From IMG/VR virus record IMGVR_UViG_3300046506_000279: DNA of 64,000 nt; one strand, given 5' to 3'. This DNA comes from a virus. Taxonomy: Duplodnaviria; Heunggongvirae; Uroviricota; Caudoviricetes. Of the stretch, positions 7,768 to 16,913 are shown piece after piece. Every line of letters begins with the position of its first letter. Within the stretch, counting starts at the first letter, position 1. The position numbers and the translations under genes are program-made. A model generated the notes under the pieces. That model saw only the letters and a list, made by a program, of their open reading frames with translations. It did not search any database and was not told the DNA's origin.

Positions 7768-8229
7768 TCAACCTCCGTCCTTGGCGCGCAGCGCGGCCCA
7801 CAGGCCGACCAGCGCGGTGCAAAAGCCGACAATCCAGGTCAAGGGGCGCAGTACCTTGCCGAGGCCGTCGATGGTCTTCATCGCCCCGCGCCAGCTGTTC
7901 ATCAGGTCGACGATGTCGGCGGTCGAGGCCTTGATTTCGTGGGTGGTGGCGGTGTTGGCGTCCAGCTTGGCGTCGAGCTCGCCCATGCGGGTTTCCTGCT
8001 CGGCGAAACGCTCGCTGGCATAGGTGCGCCAGGCGGCGTCGATCTGCTGGCCGATCGCCGCGCTCAGCGCGTTGTCGCCGGCCAGCGCTGCGGCCAGTTC
8101 GTCGGTGGTCGGGCGCACCCGGCTCGGACACTCGGCATCGCCGCACAACAGGCCGGCGGCGCGGGTCGGGGTGCGGTGCAGCTCGAAGCTGCGGCCCGGT
8201 GGTTGGGGCTGGGCGGTGGCGGGCGGCAT
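7768..8229 (-). CDS. coiled-coil protein with C-terminal TM (153 aa), possible lysis or membrane accessory protein
   Basis: AAGGAG SD upstream. ...ETRMGELDAKLDANTATTHEIKASTADIVDL...LTWIVGFCTALVGLWAAL. It lies immediately upstream of the endolysin. Confidence 0.5.
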   Translation of the reverse strand: MPPATAQPQPPGRSFELHRTPTRAAGLLCGDAECPSRVRPTTDELAAALAGDNALSAAIGQQIDAAWRTYASERFAEQETRMGELDAKLDANTATTHEIKASTADIVDLMNSWRGAMKTIDGLGKVLRPLTWIVGFCTALVGLWAALRAKDGG

Positions 8230-8245
8230 GGGGCTCCTTCGGTGG

Positions 8246-8761
8246 TTACTGGGTGCGGGGGCGGCGCATCAGGTGGCGCGGCGGCAGTGGCGGCGCGGCG
8301 ATCGCGCAGTCGCAGCTGTCCGGGGTGGGGTTGCCGAAGCTGACGATCTCGATCAGGAAGGTGCCGACGTGGACGCCGTTGCCCAGGAACGGCTCGCTGC
8401 CGTCACCGCTGCGGCTGAGCACTTCGACGGCCAGTTCGGTGCTGCGGGCGGCGTCGCCACCGGCCCAGTTGGCCCCGTCGCCGCTGCGGCTGAGCACTTC
8501 GATGGCCAGCTGGGCGCTGCTGGCGGCGGGCGTGTGGAGCGCCAGCACTTCCAGCACCAATTCGTCGACGCGGGCGCCGCTGTCGCCGATCCAGTTGGCA
8601 CCTAGCCCGCTGCGGCTGATGGTTTCCATCGCCAGCTGCGCGCTTTTCACGGCCGGGTTGTGGGCCGCCAGCGCCTCCAGCGCGAGCTGGGCCGCCTTGG
8701 CTTTCGGCGTGCCGGACCCGAACGCCTCGAGCGCAAGCTGGTAGCTGCGCGCGCTGGTCAT
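8246..8761 (-). CDS. repeat-containing tail-associated protein (171 aa)
   Basis: Internal repeats of about 40 aa: SAQLA(I/M)E(V/T)(L/I)SRSG(D/L)GANW occurs three times. The start is adjacent to the upstream stop (TAA-ATG). Confidence 0.5.
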   Translation of the reverse strand: MTSARSYQLALEAFGSGTPKAKAAQLALEALAAHNPAVKSAQLAMETISRSGLGANWIGDSGARVDELVLEVLALHTPAASSAQLAIEVLSRSGDGANWAGGDAARSTELAVEVLSRSGDGSEPFLGNGVHVGTFLIEIVSFGNPTPDSCDCAIAAPPLPPRHLMRRPRTQ

Positions 8762-9817
8762 TTAGGCGGCCACCACCACGCCGAACTCGGCGGAATTGAT
8801 GCCGGCCTGGGTCCAGGCAGTGCCGGTGGCGGGGTCGGTTTCGTGGATCGTCGTGTAGAGCTTCCTGTCGGTCGACAGCGGGATCGCGCTGGTGAAGGCC
8901 TCGCTCACCCCCTGCTTGGCCAGGTGGGCAATCGAGCGGGTGCCGGCGTCGTCCTTCAGGGCGGCGTCGACGATCTGCACCCCGCGCACCAGCCCGACGA
9001 TGCCGGATAGCGCCGTGAAGTGGTAGCTGTCCTTGGCGCCCACGGTGGACGATGCGACATTGGTCAGGGAGTCGGCCACCGCCTCGTTGACGCGGCTGTA
9101 ATGCACGGTGCCGCTGTCGGGCGTGAAGTCGTGGTAGGTGCCGTCACTCGATGGCAGCACCATGTCGACCCGGCAGTCGCCGAAGAAGTCGTTGTTGCTG
9201 GTGCCGGTGGCGTCGGCCAGGTACAGGTCGTCCACCAGCGCGGTGCTGGCGCTGATGCTGCTGCCCGGATTCGACAGCGTCAGGCGCGTCACCTGGGCCA
9301 GCGTGTTGTCGAAACTGAGGGTGTTCTGGTTGATCAGGTTCAGCACCGAGACCCCGTTGACCAACACCCGCACCGCGCCGGCCGTGGCGTGGATGGTGGC
9401 CTTCACTTCGACGTAGGCGTAGACGTTGGGCTGCAGCACGGCGCCGGTGCTGGCGCCGATCTGCACCGCAGTCGAGGTGGGGCGGTTCCAGACGCCGATC
9501 GCGCCATCCGGCCCGACCGTGATGTACAGGTGGATGCCGCTGGGGCCGGCCAGGGTCAGGAACTGGATGCCGTTGGCGATCGCGTTGACGGTCGCGAATG
9601 CGCTGGCCTTCATCGCCATGCCGAGGATCACCGTGCTGCTGCCGGCGATGTCCTTGCGCACGGTGGCGTCGCGGGCGATGCTCAGCGCACCGCCGCTGCG
9701 GCGGCCGCTGCTGGCGGCGATGGTGGCGGTGCCCACGCCGCTGGTGGTGGCGCTCCATTTCAGCGCGATGTCGGCGGTGCCGTAATGGTCGAAGCTATCT
9801 AAAAACAAGAGCGCCAT
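8762..9817 (-). CDS. tail fibre/tail-associated protein (351 aa)
   Basis: MALLFLDSFDHYGTADIALKWS... It is beta-rich and glycine/threonine-rich. The real start is the internal ATG of ORF 8762..9931, just after the upstream stop at 9820. Confidence 0.5.
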   Translation of the reverse strand: MALLFLDSFDHYGTADIALKWSATTSGVGTATIAASSGRRSGGALSIARDATVRKDIAGSSTVILGMAMKASAFATVNAIANGIQFLTLAGPSGIHLYITVGPDGAIGVWNRPTSTAVQIGASTGAVLQPNVYAYVEVKATIHATAGAVRVLVNGVSVLNLINQNTLSFDNTLAQVTRLTLSNPGSSISASTALVDDLYLADATGTSNNDFFGDCRVDMVLPSSDGTYHDFTPDSGTVHYSRVNEAVADSLTNVASSTVGAKDSYHFTALSGIVGLVRGVQIVDAALKDDAGTRSIAHLAKQGVSEAFTSAIPLSTDRKLYTTIHETDPATGTAWTQAGINSAEFGVVVAA

Positions 9818-9819
9818 GG

Positions 9820-10131
9820 TCAGTAGTCCTTGATTTTGATGATGAATTCGTCTTGCAGGATCCGGCCCGACGCGGTGCTGGCGGTGACGGTGATCTTGTA
9901 GCTCTGGCCGACGCTGCCCGCGCCCAGCCACAGGGTCACGCGGGTGCCGGCCACGTCGAACGCGGCCAGGGCCAGCGGGGTGGGGTCCAGCACCGCCGCC
10001 AGCTGGGCGGCAATGGCGATCACCGGCGCCGGGTCGGCGACCATGCTGTCGGCGCTGGCCAGGTCGTCCTCGTACTCGATCGCGTAGGCCTCGCGCTCGG
10101 CCGGCTGCTTGACGAATCTTCCAATAATCAC
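9820..10131 (-). CDS. small tail-associated protein (103 aa)
   Basis: GTG start with AAGGAA SD. There is a GTGA overlap with the tailspike stop. Confidence 0.5.
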   Translation of the reverse strand: MIIGRFVKQPAEREAYAIEYEDDLASADSMVADPAPVIAIAAQLAAVLDPTPLALAAFDVAGTRVTLWLGAGSVGQSYKITVTASTASGRILQDEFIIKIKDY

Positions 10132-13100
10132 GGTGCTTTCCTTCGCATCAGGCGGTCAACATAGGGGCGCCGCGCCACGCACAGCAGGCCGGCGGCGCGC
10201 AACAGGGGCGGCGCCACGAACGGCGCCTGGTCGGCGCTGCCGTAGGCCACGCAGGCGGTCGGCGCGAGCCGCACGGCCAGGCTGATGCCGGCCACCGCGC
10301 CAGCGGCGGCGACCACGCTGGCGGCAGCCAGCGTGCTGGTCGCTTGGGCGCCGACCGGCAAGGTGGCGCCCGCACTCAGGTTCAGGCCCAGCGCGCCACT
10401 GGCGGCGGCGGCGATCGGCAGCAATACGGCGGCGCTGCTGGTGGCGGTGCCCAGGGCGCTGGTGAAGGCGGCGCCGACGCTGCTGGTGGCGGCAGCGCTC
10501 AAGGCGGCCGGGCTCAGGGCCGCAGCCAGGGTGGCGCCGACCGCGGCGCTGGCGGCGCTGGTCAGGGTGGCCGCGCCCAGCGTGGCGTCCAGCGTGGCCA
10601 GCCGTCCCATGGCGCCGACCGCGCCATCGGCGGCGAGGCTGGCGGCGCCCAGCGTCTTGGCCAGCGCGGCGCTGTCGGTCAGCGCAGCGGCGCTGCCCAG
10701 CTGGGCGGTGCCGAGGGTCAGGCTGGCCGCTGCCGCCACGGCCAGCGCGCCACTGGCGGTGCTGCTGGCTGCTGCCAGGGTCGGGCTGGCGGCCGCCGCC
10801 ACGGTCACGGCGGCGGTGGCGGCCAGCGTCACGGCGCCCAGCGTGGCGCTGCTGCTGGCGGCCACGGTCACGCTGGCGGTGCTGCTCGCGCCGGCCGTGC
10901 CCAGGGTGGTGGTCAGCGCGCCGGCGTCCGTCAGGGTGGCGGCGGCGGCCAGCGTGGCCGTGCCCAGGGTGCGGGCCAGGCTCGCGCCCACGCTCACCGC
11001 GGCGGTGGCGCTGGCAGTGGCCGTGCCCAGCGTCTTGGCCAGGTCGGCGCTGATGCCGCTGGCGGCCTGGTATTCCCACGGCCCGATGTCGCTCGCCGTG
11101 CCCTGCGGGCGCGCGAGGCCGGAAATGTCGGTGGCGCTGGCGCTGCCGCCGGCGTCGATCAGGGTCGCCCCGGTTTTGAGCCGGAAGTCGGCCAGCCCGC
11201 TCGCGTCGGACGGCTGCACGAACTGGTCGGCATAGGTCTGGCTGACCAGGTTGCCGGTGGTGCCGAAGCCGCCGACCGAACTGCCATCGGTGGCGTTATG
11301 GCCGGACGCTGAGTTGATTGATACGCTGTCGCCGGAGCCGTTATTAAACGCATTCGCGAAGCCGAACGCGGCGCAGTTCTGCACCAGCAGGCTGCCACTG
11401 ACGGGGTGGCCAGAGAGTGCCCCGATGTCAGCCAGGTAGAAGGCGTCGTAGGCGGCAGTGGCCCGGTTGCTCGGGTTGACCGCGAGGCAGTTGGTGACGC
11501 TGAGGGAAACGCTCGTTTCCACGTCGAAGCCGGTATCGCTACCAATGGCGACGCAGTTGTCGACCACCACCGCAGCGGTGCCCCCGATGTAGATCGCGTT
11601 CTGGCCGTCGAACAGGCAGTTGGTGACGTCCACCAGGCTTTCGCCATAGAGTGCGCCAACGTACTGGCCGCTGGAGCGGATCTGGAGGCCGTCGACGAAC
11701 AGGTAGTTGGCCTGCACGTCGAACGTATCGGAGGCCGGGTCCAGCCCGTCCAGCGCCACGCCATAGGCCTGGTTGAACGCCAGCCGGTTGGTCCGCACGC
11801 TCGGGTGGTCGCGGAAGCTGTGGCCAGGGGCGGCGCGGATGGTCAGCGTGTGGCTGGCGTCGGTGGCCATCGCGGCCTGCCACCGGATGTTCTGGACGAA
11901 CAGGCTGTCGTTGTACAGCTCGAGCACGTAGGAATTGCCGGCCGTGATCGCGCTGGCCGGCAAGCTGTCGAGCGCGGCCTGGATGGTCGCGTAGTCGCGC
12001 CCGGCGGTGCCGACGGTCTTGGTGATCGTCGGCACGTATTCCCACGGCCCGATGTCCCAGGCCGTGCCGCGCACGGCGCCGGAAATATCGGCGCCGCTCA
12101 GGGTCAGGCCGGCGTCGATCAGGCTTGCCCCGGTTTTTAGCCGGAAGTCCTCGACCGCGCCGGCGTCCGATGGCTGCACGAACTGGTTGGCGTAGACCTG
12201 GCTGACCAGGCTGCCGCTGCCCGCGAAGCCGCCCAGGCTGCTGGTGTCGGTCGCGTTATGGCCAGAGGCGGCATGGATCGAAGCGCTGTTGGCGGAATAA
12301 TTCCTGAACGACGTCGTGTAGCCGAACGCGGCGCAGTTCTGCACCAGCAACCCGCCGGCCAGGCTGCCGTCGTCGTCGAACACGAAACCGTAGCTGCCCG
12401 TCGCCCGGTTGCTCGGGTTGACCGCCAGGCAGTTGGTGGCGGTGACGCCGTCGGTGCCCTCCAGGTAGGCGGCGCAGTAGTCGTTGTCGCCGATGATGAT
12501 GCAATTGTCGGCCACCACCGTTCCGCCGCTGGCGATATATGCCACTTCGTTCGGCGTGGTGCTGGGGGGGCCGGTATGCGCGATCAGGCAGTTGCTGAAC
12601 GTGGTCTGTCGGTCCGTGTAGACGGCGACTACGTCGGTGTTTCCTGCTGTCTGGAACTGGATGCCGTCGACGGTCAGGTTGTCGCCGTAGAAGTCAAGCA
12701 CGGACAAATTCGCGGTAGCCCCGGTCACGGCCACGCCGTGGGCCTGGTCGAATGCCAGCCGGTTGCTGCGCACCGCCGCATTGCTGTTGAAACCGTGGCC
12801 AGGGGCGGCGCGGATGGTCAGCGTGTGGGCCGCGTCCCACCCAGTCCCTGCTGACCAACTCACGTTCTCGACGAACAGGCTGTCGTTGTACAGCTCGAGC
12901 ACGTAGGAATTGCCGGCCGTGATCGCGCTGGCTGGCAGGCTGTCGAGCGCGGCCTGGATCGTCGCGTAGTCGCGCCCGACCGCGCTGCCGACGGTCTTTT
13001 TGACAAGGCCCACCACAGTCAGCGCGCCCAGCGTCTTGGTCAGCGTGGCGTGGACCGTGGGGGGTAGCGTGCGTTGCGGCGCCTTGAACAACTGCCATGG

Positions 13101-13793
13101 ATTGGCCGCTAGGCTCGCCACTTCCTGCGCCGACAGCGCGCGGTTATGGATCAGGACTAGACCTGTCAAACCACCGAAACTTAGTGCAAACGAGGAGCGG
13201 AGCAGACCACCAATACAGAACGTGTTGAAGGTAGTGGCGGCCGCAGTACCTACCGCCGTAGAGGCGATCGCCACGCCTCCCGCATAAGTGACCTGCTGGC
13301 CTACGCTCTTGGAGCGTACCCCCGTCACGAGACAGGGGGTGTTGTCCGCCCACAGAGGTGTAGTCGCTGCGGTAGTGACGCTACCTCCAGCGACGTCCCT
13401 TGTCCAGAACGACACTTGGGGGGTCGTGGCACCCTGCCCGAGCATAAACAGCGGGTTATTGTCGCCACTGTTGCCGCAGGCGACTGCCCAAGTACCCGCA
13501 TTGGTGTTGACCTGGGCCGGGGTCAACAGCGCCGTAAGCGTGCATTCGTCCAGTGAAAATGCAGGGGCGCTGTTCTGGTATTCGTAGCCTGTAGTGACAC
13601 CGGCCAGCGTGGAAACGGCAAGGCCGAGCGGTGTCGCGACACGGGGCACACTACCATTTCTCAGCAGTGTGCTAGACGCAGGCAGCCAGGCGAGGACCAG
13701 CCCCCGTGCTAACGGATTGGACCGGTCAATCTGGAGCGCCCCCTGCGGCTGCCGGGTAGGACTCCTGCGCGGCAGGAACAGCGGTGCGCCCAT
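10128..13793 (-). CDS. tailspike/tail fibre with two tandem right-handed beta-helix (pectate-lyase-like) domains and an Ala-rich C-terminal module
   Basis: 1221 aa with an AAGGGG SD. The N-terminus is LamG-like. Two paralogous modules of about 340 aa both begin TVG(S/T)A(V)GRDYATIQAALDSLPASAITAGNSYVLELYNDSLFV and end GPWEY. Both contain NCLAVNPSNRAT and LLVQNCAAFG. The C-terminal 300 aa is Ala/Thr/Leu repeats and ends RRPYVDRLMRRKAP. Confidence 0.75.
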   Translation of the reverse strand: MGAPLFLPRRSPTRQPQGALQIDRSNPLARGLVLAWLPASSTLLRNGSVPRVATPLGLAVSTLAGVTTGYEYQNSAPAFSLDECTLTALLTPAQVNTNAGTWAVACGNSGDNNPLFMLGQGATTPQVSFWTRDVAGGSVTTAATTPLWADNTPCLVTGVRSKSVGQQVTYAGGVAIASTAVGTAAATTFNTFCIGGLLRSSFALSFGGLTGLVLIHNRALSAQEVASLAANPWQLFKAPQRTLPPTVHATLTKTLGALTVVGLVKKTVGSAVGRDYATIQAALDSLPASAITAGNSYVLELYNDSLFVENVSWSAGTGWDAAHTLTIRAAPGHGFNSNAAVRSNRLAFDQAHGVAVTGATANLSVLDFYGDNLTVDGIQFQTAGNTDVVAVYTDRQTTFSNCLIAHTGPPSTTPNEVAYIASGGTVVADNCIIIGDNDYCAAYLEGTDGVTATNCLAVNPSNRATGSYGFVFDDDGSLAGGLLVQNCAAFGYTTSFRNYSANSASIHAASGHNATDTSSLGGFAGSGSLVSQVYANQFVQPSDAGAVEDFRLKTGASLIDAGLTLSGADISGAVRGTAWDIGPWEYVPTITKTVGTAGRDYATIQAALDSLPASAITAGNSYVLELYNDSLFVQNIRWQAAMATDASHTLTIRAAPGHSFRDHPSVRTNRLAFNQAYGVALDGLDPASDTFDVQANYLFVDGLQIRSSGQYVGALYGESLVDVTNCLFDGQNAIYIGGTAAVVVDNCVAIGSDTGFDVETSVSLSVTNCLAVNPSNRATAAYDAFYLADIGALSGHPVSGSLLVQNCAAFGFANAFNNGSGDSVSINSASGHNATDGSSVGGFGTTGNLVSQTYADQFVQPSDASGLADFRLKTGATLIDAGGSASATDISGLARPQGTASDIGPWEYQAASGISADLAKTLGTATASATAAVSVGASLARTLGTATLAAAATLTDAGALTTTLGTAGASSTASVTVAASSSATLGAVTLAATAAVTVAAAASPTLAAASSTASGALAVAAAASLTLGTAQLGSAAALTDSAALAKTLGAASLAADGAVGAMGRLATLDATLGAATLTSAASAAVGATLAAALSPAALSAAATSSVGAAFTSALGTATSSAAVLLPIAAAASGALGLNLSAGATLPVGAQATSTLAAASVVAAAGAVAGISLAVRLAPTACVAYGSADQAPFVAPPLLRAAGLLCVARRPYVDRLMRRKAP

Positions 13794-13802
13794 CCCTGCC
13801 CC

Positions 13803-14279
13803 TTAGCTGTACGACTGTTCGGTGTAGGCAGCGCTCACGGTGGCACCCAGCGCGGTGCCGGCGTCGTTATACAGCACGATGCCCCACTTGCGCGGCACGC
13901 AGCCGAAACGGCTGGTCACTTCGAACACCTGCTTGATCGTGCGCGCCACCGCGCCCTGGTTCAGCTCGATGGTGCCGAGGAAGACTAGGTTGCTGGGCGA
14001 GCCCAGCGCGGTCAGCGCCTTGTCGGTGCCGTCGACGTCGTCCACCGTGCCCGAGGCGCCGTTGTAGGTGCTGCCGTCCTCGCTCAGGTAGCCGTACACC
14101 GCGACCCGCTTGTTGCCGCTCGGCGCGGTGGCCGTGGTCAGGACGCTGACGGTCAAGAGGATCGCCGTCACGTTGTTGCTGGTGCCGCTGGTCACGGCGG
14201 CCGAGGAACGCGCGGCGGCCGAGGCCAGCGAGCCGGCGCTGATGGTCAGCGCGGTGGAAGTGCCGAAAGTGATCGCCAT
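13803..14279 (-). CDS. virion structural protein (158 aa)
   Basis: MAITFGTSTALTISAGS... The track shows a TTG alternative start (MEHSD). It lies directly upstream of the tailspike gene. Confidence 0.5.
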   Translation of the reverse strand: MAITFGTSTALTISAGSLASAAARSSAAVTSGTSNNVTAILLTVSVLTTATAPSGNKRVAVYGYLSEDGSTYNGASGTVDDVDGTDKALTALGSPSNLVFLGTIELNQGAVARTIKQVFEVTSRFGCVPRKWGIVLYNDAGTALGATVSAAYTEQSYS

Positions 14280-14280
14280 A

Positions 14281-14724
14281 TCAGAGTGCTCCAATCACGT
14301 CGGCAACGGTGGCCGGGGGCAGGCCCAGCACCTCCATGCGCGACACCAGCACCGTGGCGCGCGCCAGCAGGTCGTCGCGTTCGGCTTCGCTGCAGATGCT
14401 GGTCGTCACCCAGGCGTCGAGCATGGCGCGCAATTCAGGGTTGTCGAGCTCGATCGGCAGCCCGGCGGAAAAGGTCGCGCGCACCACCAGGCACGACGCG
14501 CGGCACGGGTGGGTCGGGTTATCGGAGGCGTCGACGATCGCGGCGTAGGGGCCGAGCGCGGCCCAGGTCTGGGCGCGCGCGGCGGACAGCGCCTTGACCA
14601 TCGGCCAGCGCGGCGCGTTCAGGAGATCGACCACGCTGCCGGGCGAGTCCGGCAGGAAGTCGGCGTAGCCCAGCGCGGCCGGGTCGTTGGCCAGCTCGGC
14701 GGCCAGGGTCGCGGCGTTGGTCAT
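14281..14724 (-). CDS. hypothetical structural-module protein (147 aa)
   Basis: MTNAATLAAELANDPAALGY... with AAAGGTAAG SD. Confidence 0.5.
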   Translation of the reverse strand: MTNAATLAAELANDPAALGYADFLPDSPGSVVDLLNAPRWPMVKALSAARAQTWAALGPYAAIVDASDNPTHPCRASCLVVRATFSAGLPIELDNPELRAMLDAWVTTSICSEAERDDLLARATVLVSRMEVLGLPPATVADVIGAL

Positions 14725-14738
14725 GGCTTACCTTTGGC

Positions 14739-15143
14739 TCAGGCGTTGGCATCGGACAGGCTGAATGTATTTACGACAACTGCCTGGGATACGGCAATCG
14801 ACGTATTGTCGAGCGTCATGTCGCCGCCGCCGCCGGTGGCCGTCACCGTGCCCTGAATGTGGCAGGTGGTGCCGGCCGAATCGACCACGCGGAAGTGGGC
14901 GGCGGTGCCGGCGGCGGCGCCGCTGCCGGACCAGGTGCCCGCCTTCACCTTGGAACCGGCGGAAGCGGCGGCCAGCCAGTCGGACGGCAGCGCGATCTCG
15001 CACAGCAGGGTGCCGGATTGGGCGGTGGCGCAGTCGGCCGGGGCGGCGCCGGTCAGGATGCGCAGCTTGGCACTGGCGCCGGCGGTGGTTTCGATGGCAT
15101 CTAAGCGGGCGTTGCGGGCGGCAACGGACAGTTGCAGGGACAT
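14739..15143 (-). CDS. hypothetical structural-module protein (134 aa)
   Basis: MSLQLSVAARNARLDAIE... with AAAGGAAAT SD. Confidence 0.5.
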   Translation of the reverse strand: MSLQLSVAARNARLDAIETTAGASAKLRILTGAAPADCATAQSGTLLCEIALPSDWLAAASAGSKVKAGTWSGSGAAAGTAAHFRVVDSAGTTCHIQGTVTATGGGGDMTLDNTSIAVSQAVVVNTFSLSDANA

Positions 15144-15190
15144 GGGGATTTCCTTTCAGGGTGGCGCGGCGGGCCGCGTGGTTCGGTGGT

Positions 15191-15634
15191 TCAGTGGCGC
15201 AGCACGCGGTTGGTGTACGGGCGGCGCAGCACGCGGGTGGCGTGCGCGGTGGCGGTGAAACTGGTGGCGGTGGCGAGCGCCCCGCAGCGCAGGCTGGCGG
15301 TCGCGGCGATCGGGGTGCTGGCGGCGCTGGTTGGCACCAGTGCGCCCAGCGTGGCCTGCAGGCGCACGCCGGTGCTGGCGGCGGCGCTGGCGGTGCCGGC
15401 GGCGGCGCCCAGCGTGATGCTGGCTGCGGCGCCCACGGTGCGGGTGGCGGCGGCGCTCACGGCGGCCGCGCCAAGGGTCACGGCCAGCGCCGCGCCGGCC
15501 GGCACACTGCCCTCGGCGGCCACGGCCAGCGCGCCGCCGGTCTTGGCCAGCGCGGCGGCGATGCTGGCGGCGCCGCTGGCGGCCAAGGTCAGCGGCCCAG
15601 CGCTTTGCGCCAGGTCGGCGGCGATGTCGCTCAT
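15191..15634 (-). CDS. Ala-rich protein, a paralog of the tailspike C-terminal module
   Basis: MSDIAADLAQSAG...LGAAAVSAAATRTVGAAASITLG...RVLRRPYTNRVLRH. It shares the (I/M)SADLA(K/Q) start and the RRPYxxRxxR end with the last 300 aa of the 1221-aa tailspike. Confidence 0.5.
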   Translation of the reverse strand: MSDIAADLAQSAGPLTLAASGAASIAAALAKTGGALAVAAEGSVPAGAALAVTLGAAAVSAAATRTVGAAASITLGAAAGTASAAASTGVRLQATLGALVPTSAASTPIAATASLRCGALATATSFTATAHATRVLRRPYTNRVLRH

Positions 15635-15637
15635 CGC

Positions 15638-16282
15638 TTAGCGCGGGGCTTCGGCCCGTTCGTGCCCGCTCTTGCCGTCCAGCGCGGCGGCGAAGGCGGC
15701 GTAGCGGGCGGCGGCGCGCAGCGGGTCGGCGGCGTACTCGGCGTCCTTGTTCCAGGCCCGGTACTGCAGGTAGTCGAGCAGGGCGTCCTGGTAGATGTCG
15801 TCCAGCGCGATCACGGCGCTTTCCACGGCCAGCACGGGCGGGGTCGCGCTGTAGGCCAGTTCCAGACAGCCGGCGCCGTCGTTGGGCGGGTACACCAGGT
15901 AGCGCGCGGGGTCGGCCACGTCGTAGCAGTAGTGCTGCACCGTCTTGGTCTGGGGCAGGCTGTGCCAGTCCGGGTTCATCAGGTCCAGCAGGTCGCGTTC
16001 GGCCTTGCGCACCGCGCGCCCGCAGGCGTTGCGCAGCACCTCGACCAGCTGCACCGGCTCGACCGCGCCGGCGTCGTTGGTGGTCGGCAGGGTCTGCAGG
16101 GTGCCGGCCACCAGCGGCGCGGTGCTGCGCAGCACGTAGGCGTTCGGCTTTTTCAAGACCGCCTCGCGCTGGGCCGCGTTCAGGTAGGCCAAGAGTTCGG
16201 CGCGCTGCCAGCGCACATGGCCGGTGTCCTGCAGGGCGATGGCGGCGCGGTCGAGCAGGGCGGCGGCGGTCACGGTCGGCAT
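15638..16282 (-). CDS. virion/head-tail joining candidate (214 aa)
   Basis: MPTVTAAALLDRAAIALQDTGHVRWQRAELLAYLNAAQREAVLKK... with GAGGA SD. Start is the internal ATG of ORF 15638..16360. Confidence 0.45.
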   Translation of the reverse strand: MPTVTAAALLDRAAIALQDTGHVRWQRAELLAYLNAAQREAVLKKPNAYVLRSTAPLVAGTLQTLPTTNDAGAVEPVQLVEVLRNACGRAVRKAERDLLDLMNPDWHSLPQTKTVQHYCYDVADPARYLVYPPNDGAGCLELAYSATPPVLAVESAVIALDDIYQDALLDYLQYRAWNKDAEYAADPLRAAARYAAFAAALDGKSGHERAEAPR

Positions 16283-16289
16283 GCGGTCC

Positions 16290-16907
16290 TCAGATGAAGC
16301 GGCGCGGCTGCACCCGGTTGGCGCTGCGGCCGTAACTGGCCTCGGCGCGGATGCGGGCATTGGTGCGCGCCACGTTGTAGATGGTCTGGTTGATCACGGC
16401 CAGCTGCGGGTTGGTGAACGGCTGGCCCGGGGTCAGTTGCAGGCGCGCGGCGGCGCCGCAGCCGATCTCGTAGCCGTAGTCATTGAGCAGCAGGTCGTCG
16501 ACGCTGGTGGCCAGCCGGCTGGGGCGGGTCGCCACCCGCAGCACCAGCGCCGCCGGGGCGTCGGTGGTCGGCGTGGGCACCAGGGTGAAGCTGTTGTCGG
16601 CGGCCTGGCGCAGCGCATACGGCGCGCTGCCCGGCTGGCGTTGGTCGTCGTCACGCCGGATCACGCTCACCGGCGCGTTCTGGTAATAGGCCTCCAGCAC
16701 CTGGCTCACGTTGACCCCGTACAGCAGGTCGATGTCGTACTGCGCCTGGCCGGCCACCACGTCGAGCGGGTCCAGCACCTGCTGCACCACCGGCGCCACC
16801 GTGCAGAAGTCGAGCAGCACGCCGCGCAGGGTCAGTTCGGCCAGCGGTTGCGGGCAGCCCGGCACCAAGGGCAGCAGGTGCGGCAGGAATTCGGCCAGAG
16901 TCGCCAT
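16290..16907 (-). CDS. virion protein (205 aa)
   Basis: MATLAEFLPHLLPLVPGCPQPLAELTLRGVLLDF... It follows the capsid genes. Confidence 0.45.
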   Translation of the reverse strand: MATLAEFLPHLLPLVPGCPQPLAELTLRGVLLDFCTVAPVVQQVLDPLDVVAGQAQYDIDLLYGVNVSQVLEAYYQNAPVSVIRRDDDQRQPGSAPYALRQAADNSFTLVPTPTTDAPAALVLRVATRPSRLATSVDDLLLNDYGYEIGCGAAARLQLTPGQPFTNPQLAVINQTIYNVARTNARIRAEASYGRSANRVQPRRFI

Positions 16908-16913
16908 GTTTTA

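Noticed and set aside
7083-8146. Track ORFs 7083..7832(-) and 7298..8146(-) taken at full length
   Set aside because: Only the 3' portions are genes (holin-like from 7301, endolysin from 7765). The upstream parts are Arg-rich read-through with no SD at the listed starts.
9020-11764. ORFs 9020..9802(+), 9144..9758(-), 10156..11079(-), 10285..11312(+), 11159..11764(-)
   Set aside because: Alternative frames of the tail and tailspike genes with extreme Ala/Arg/Gly bias. The authentic frames show protein-like composition and coupling.
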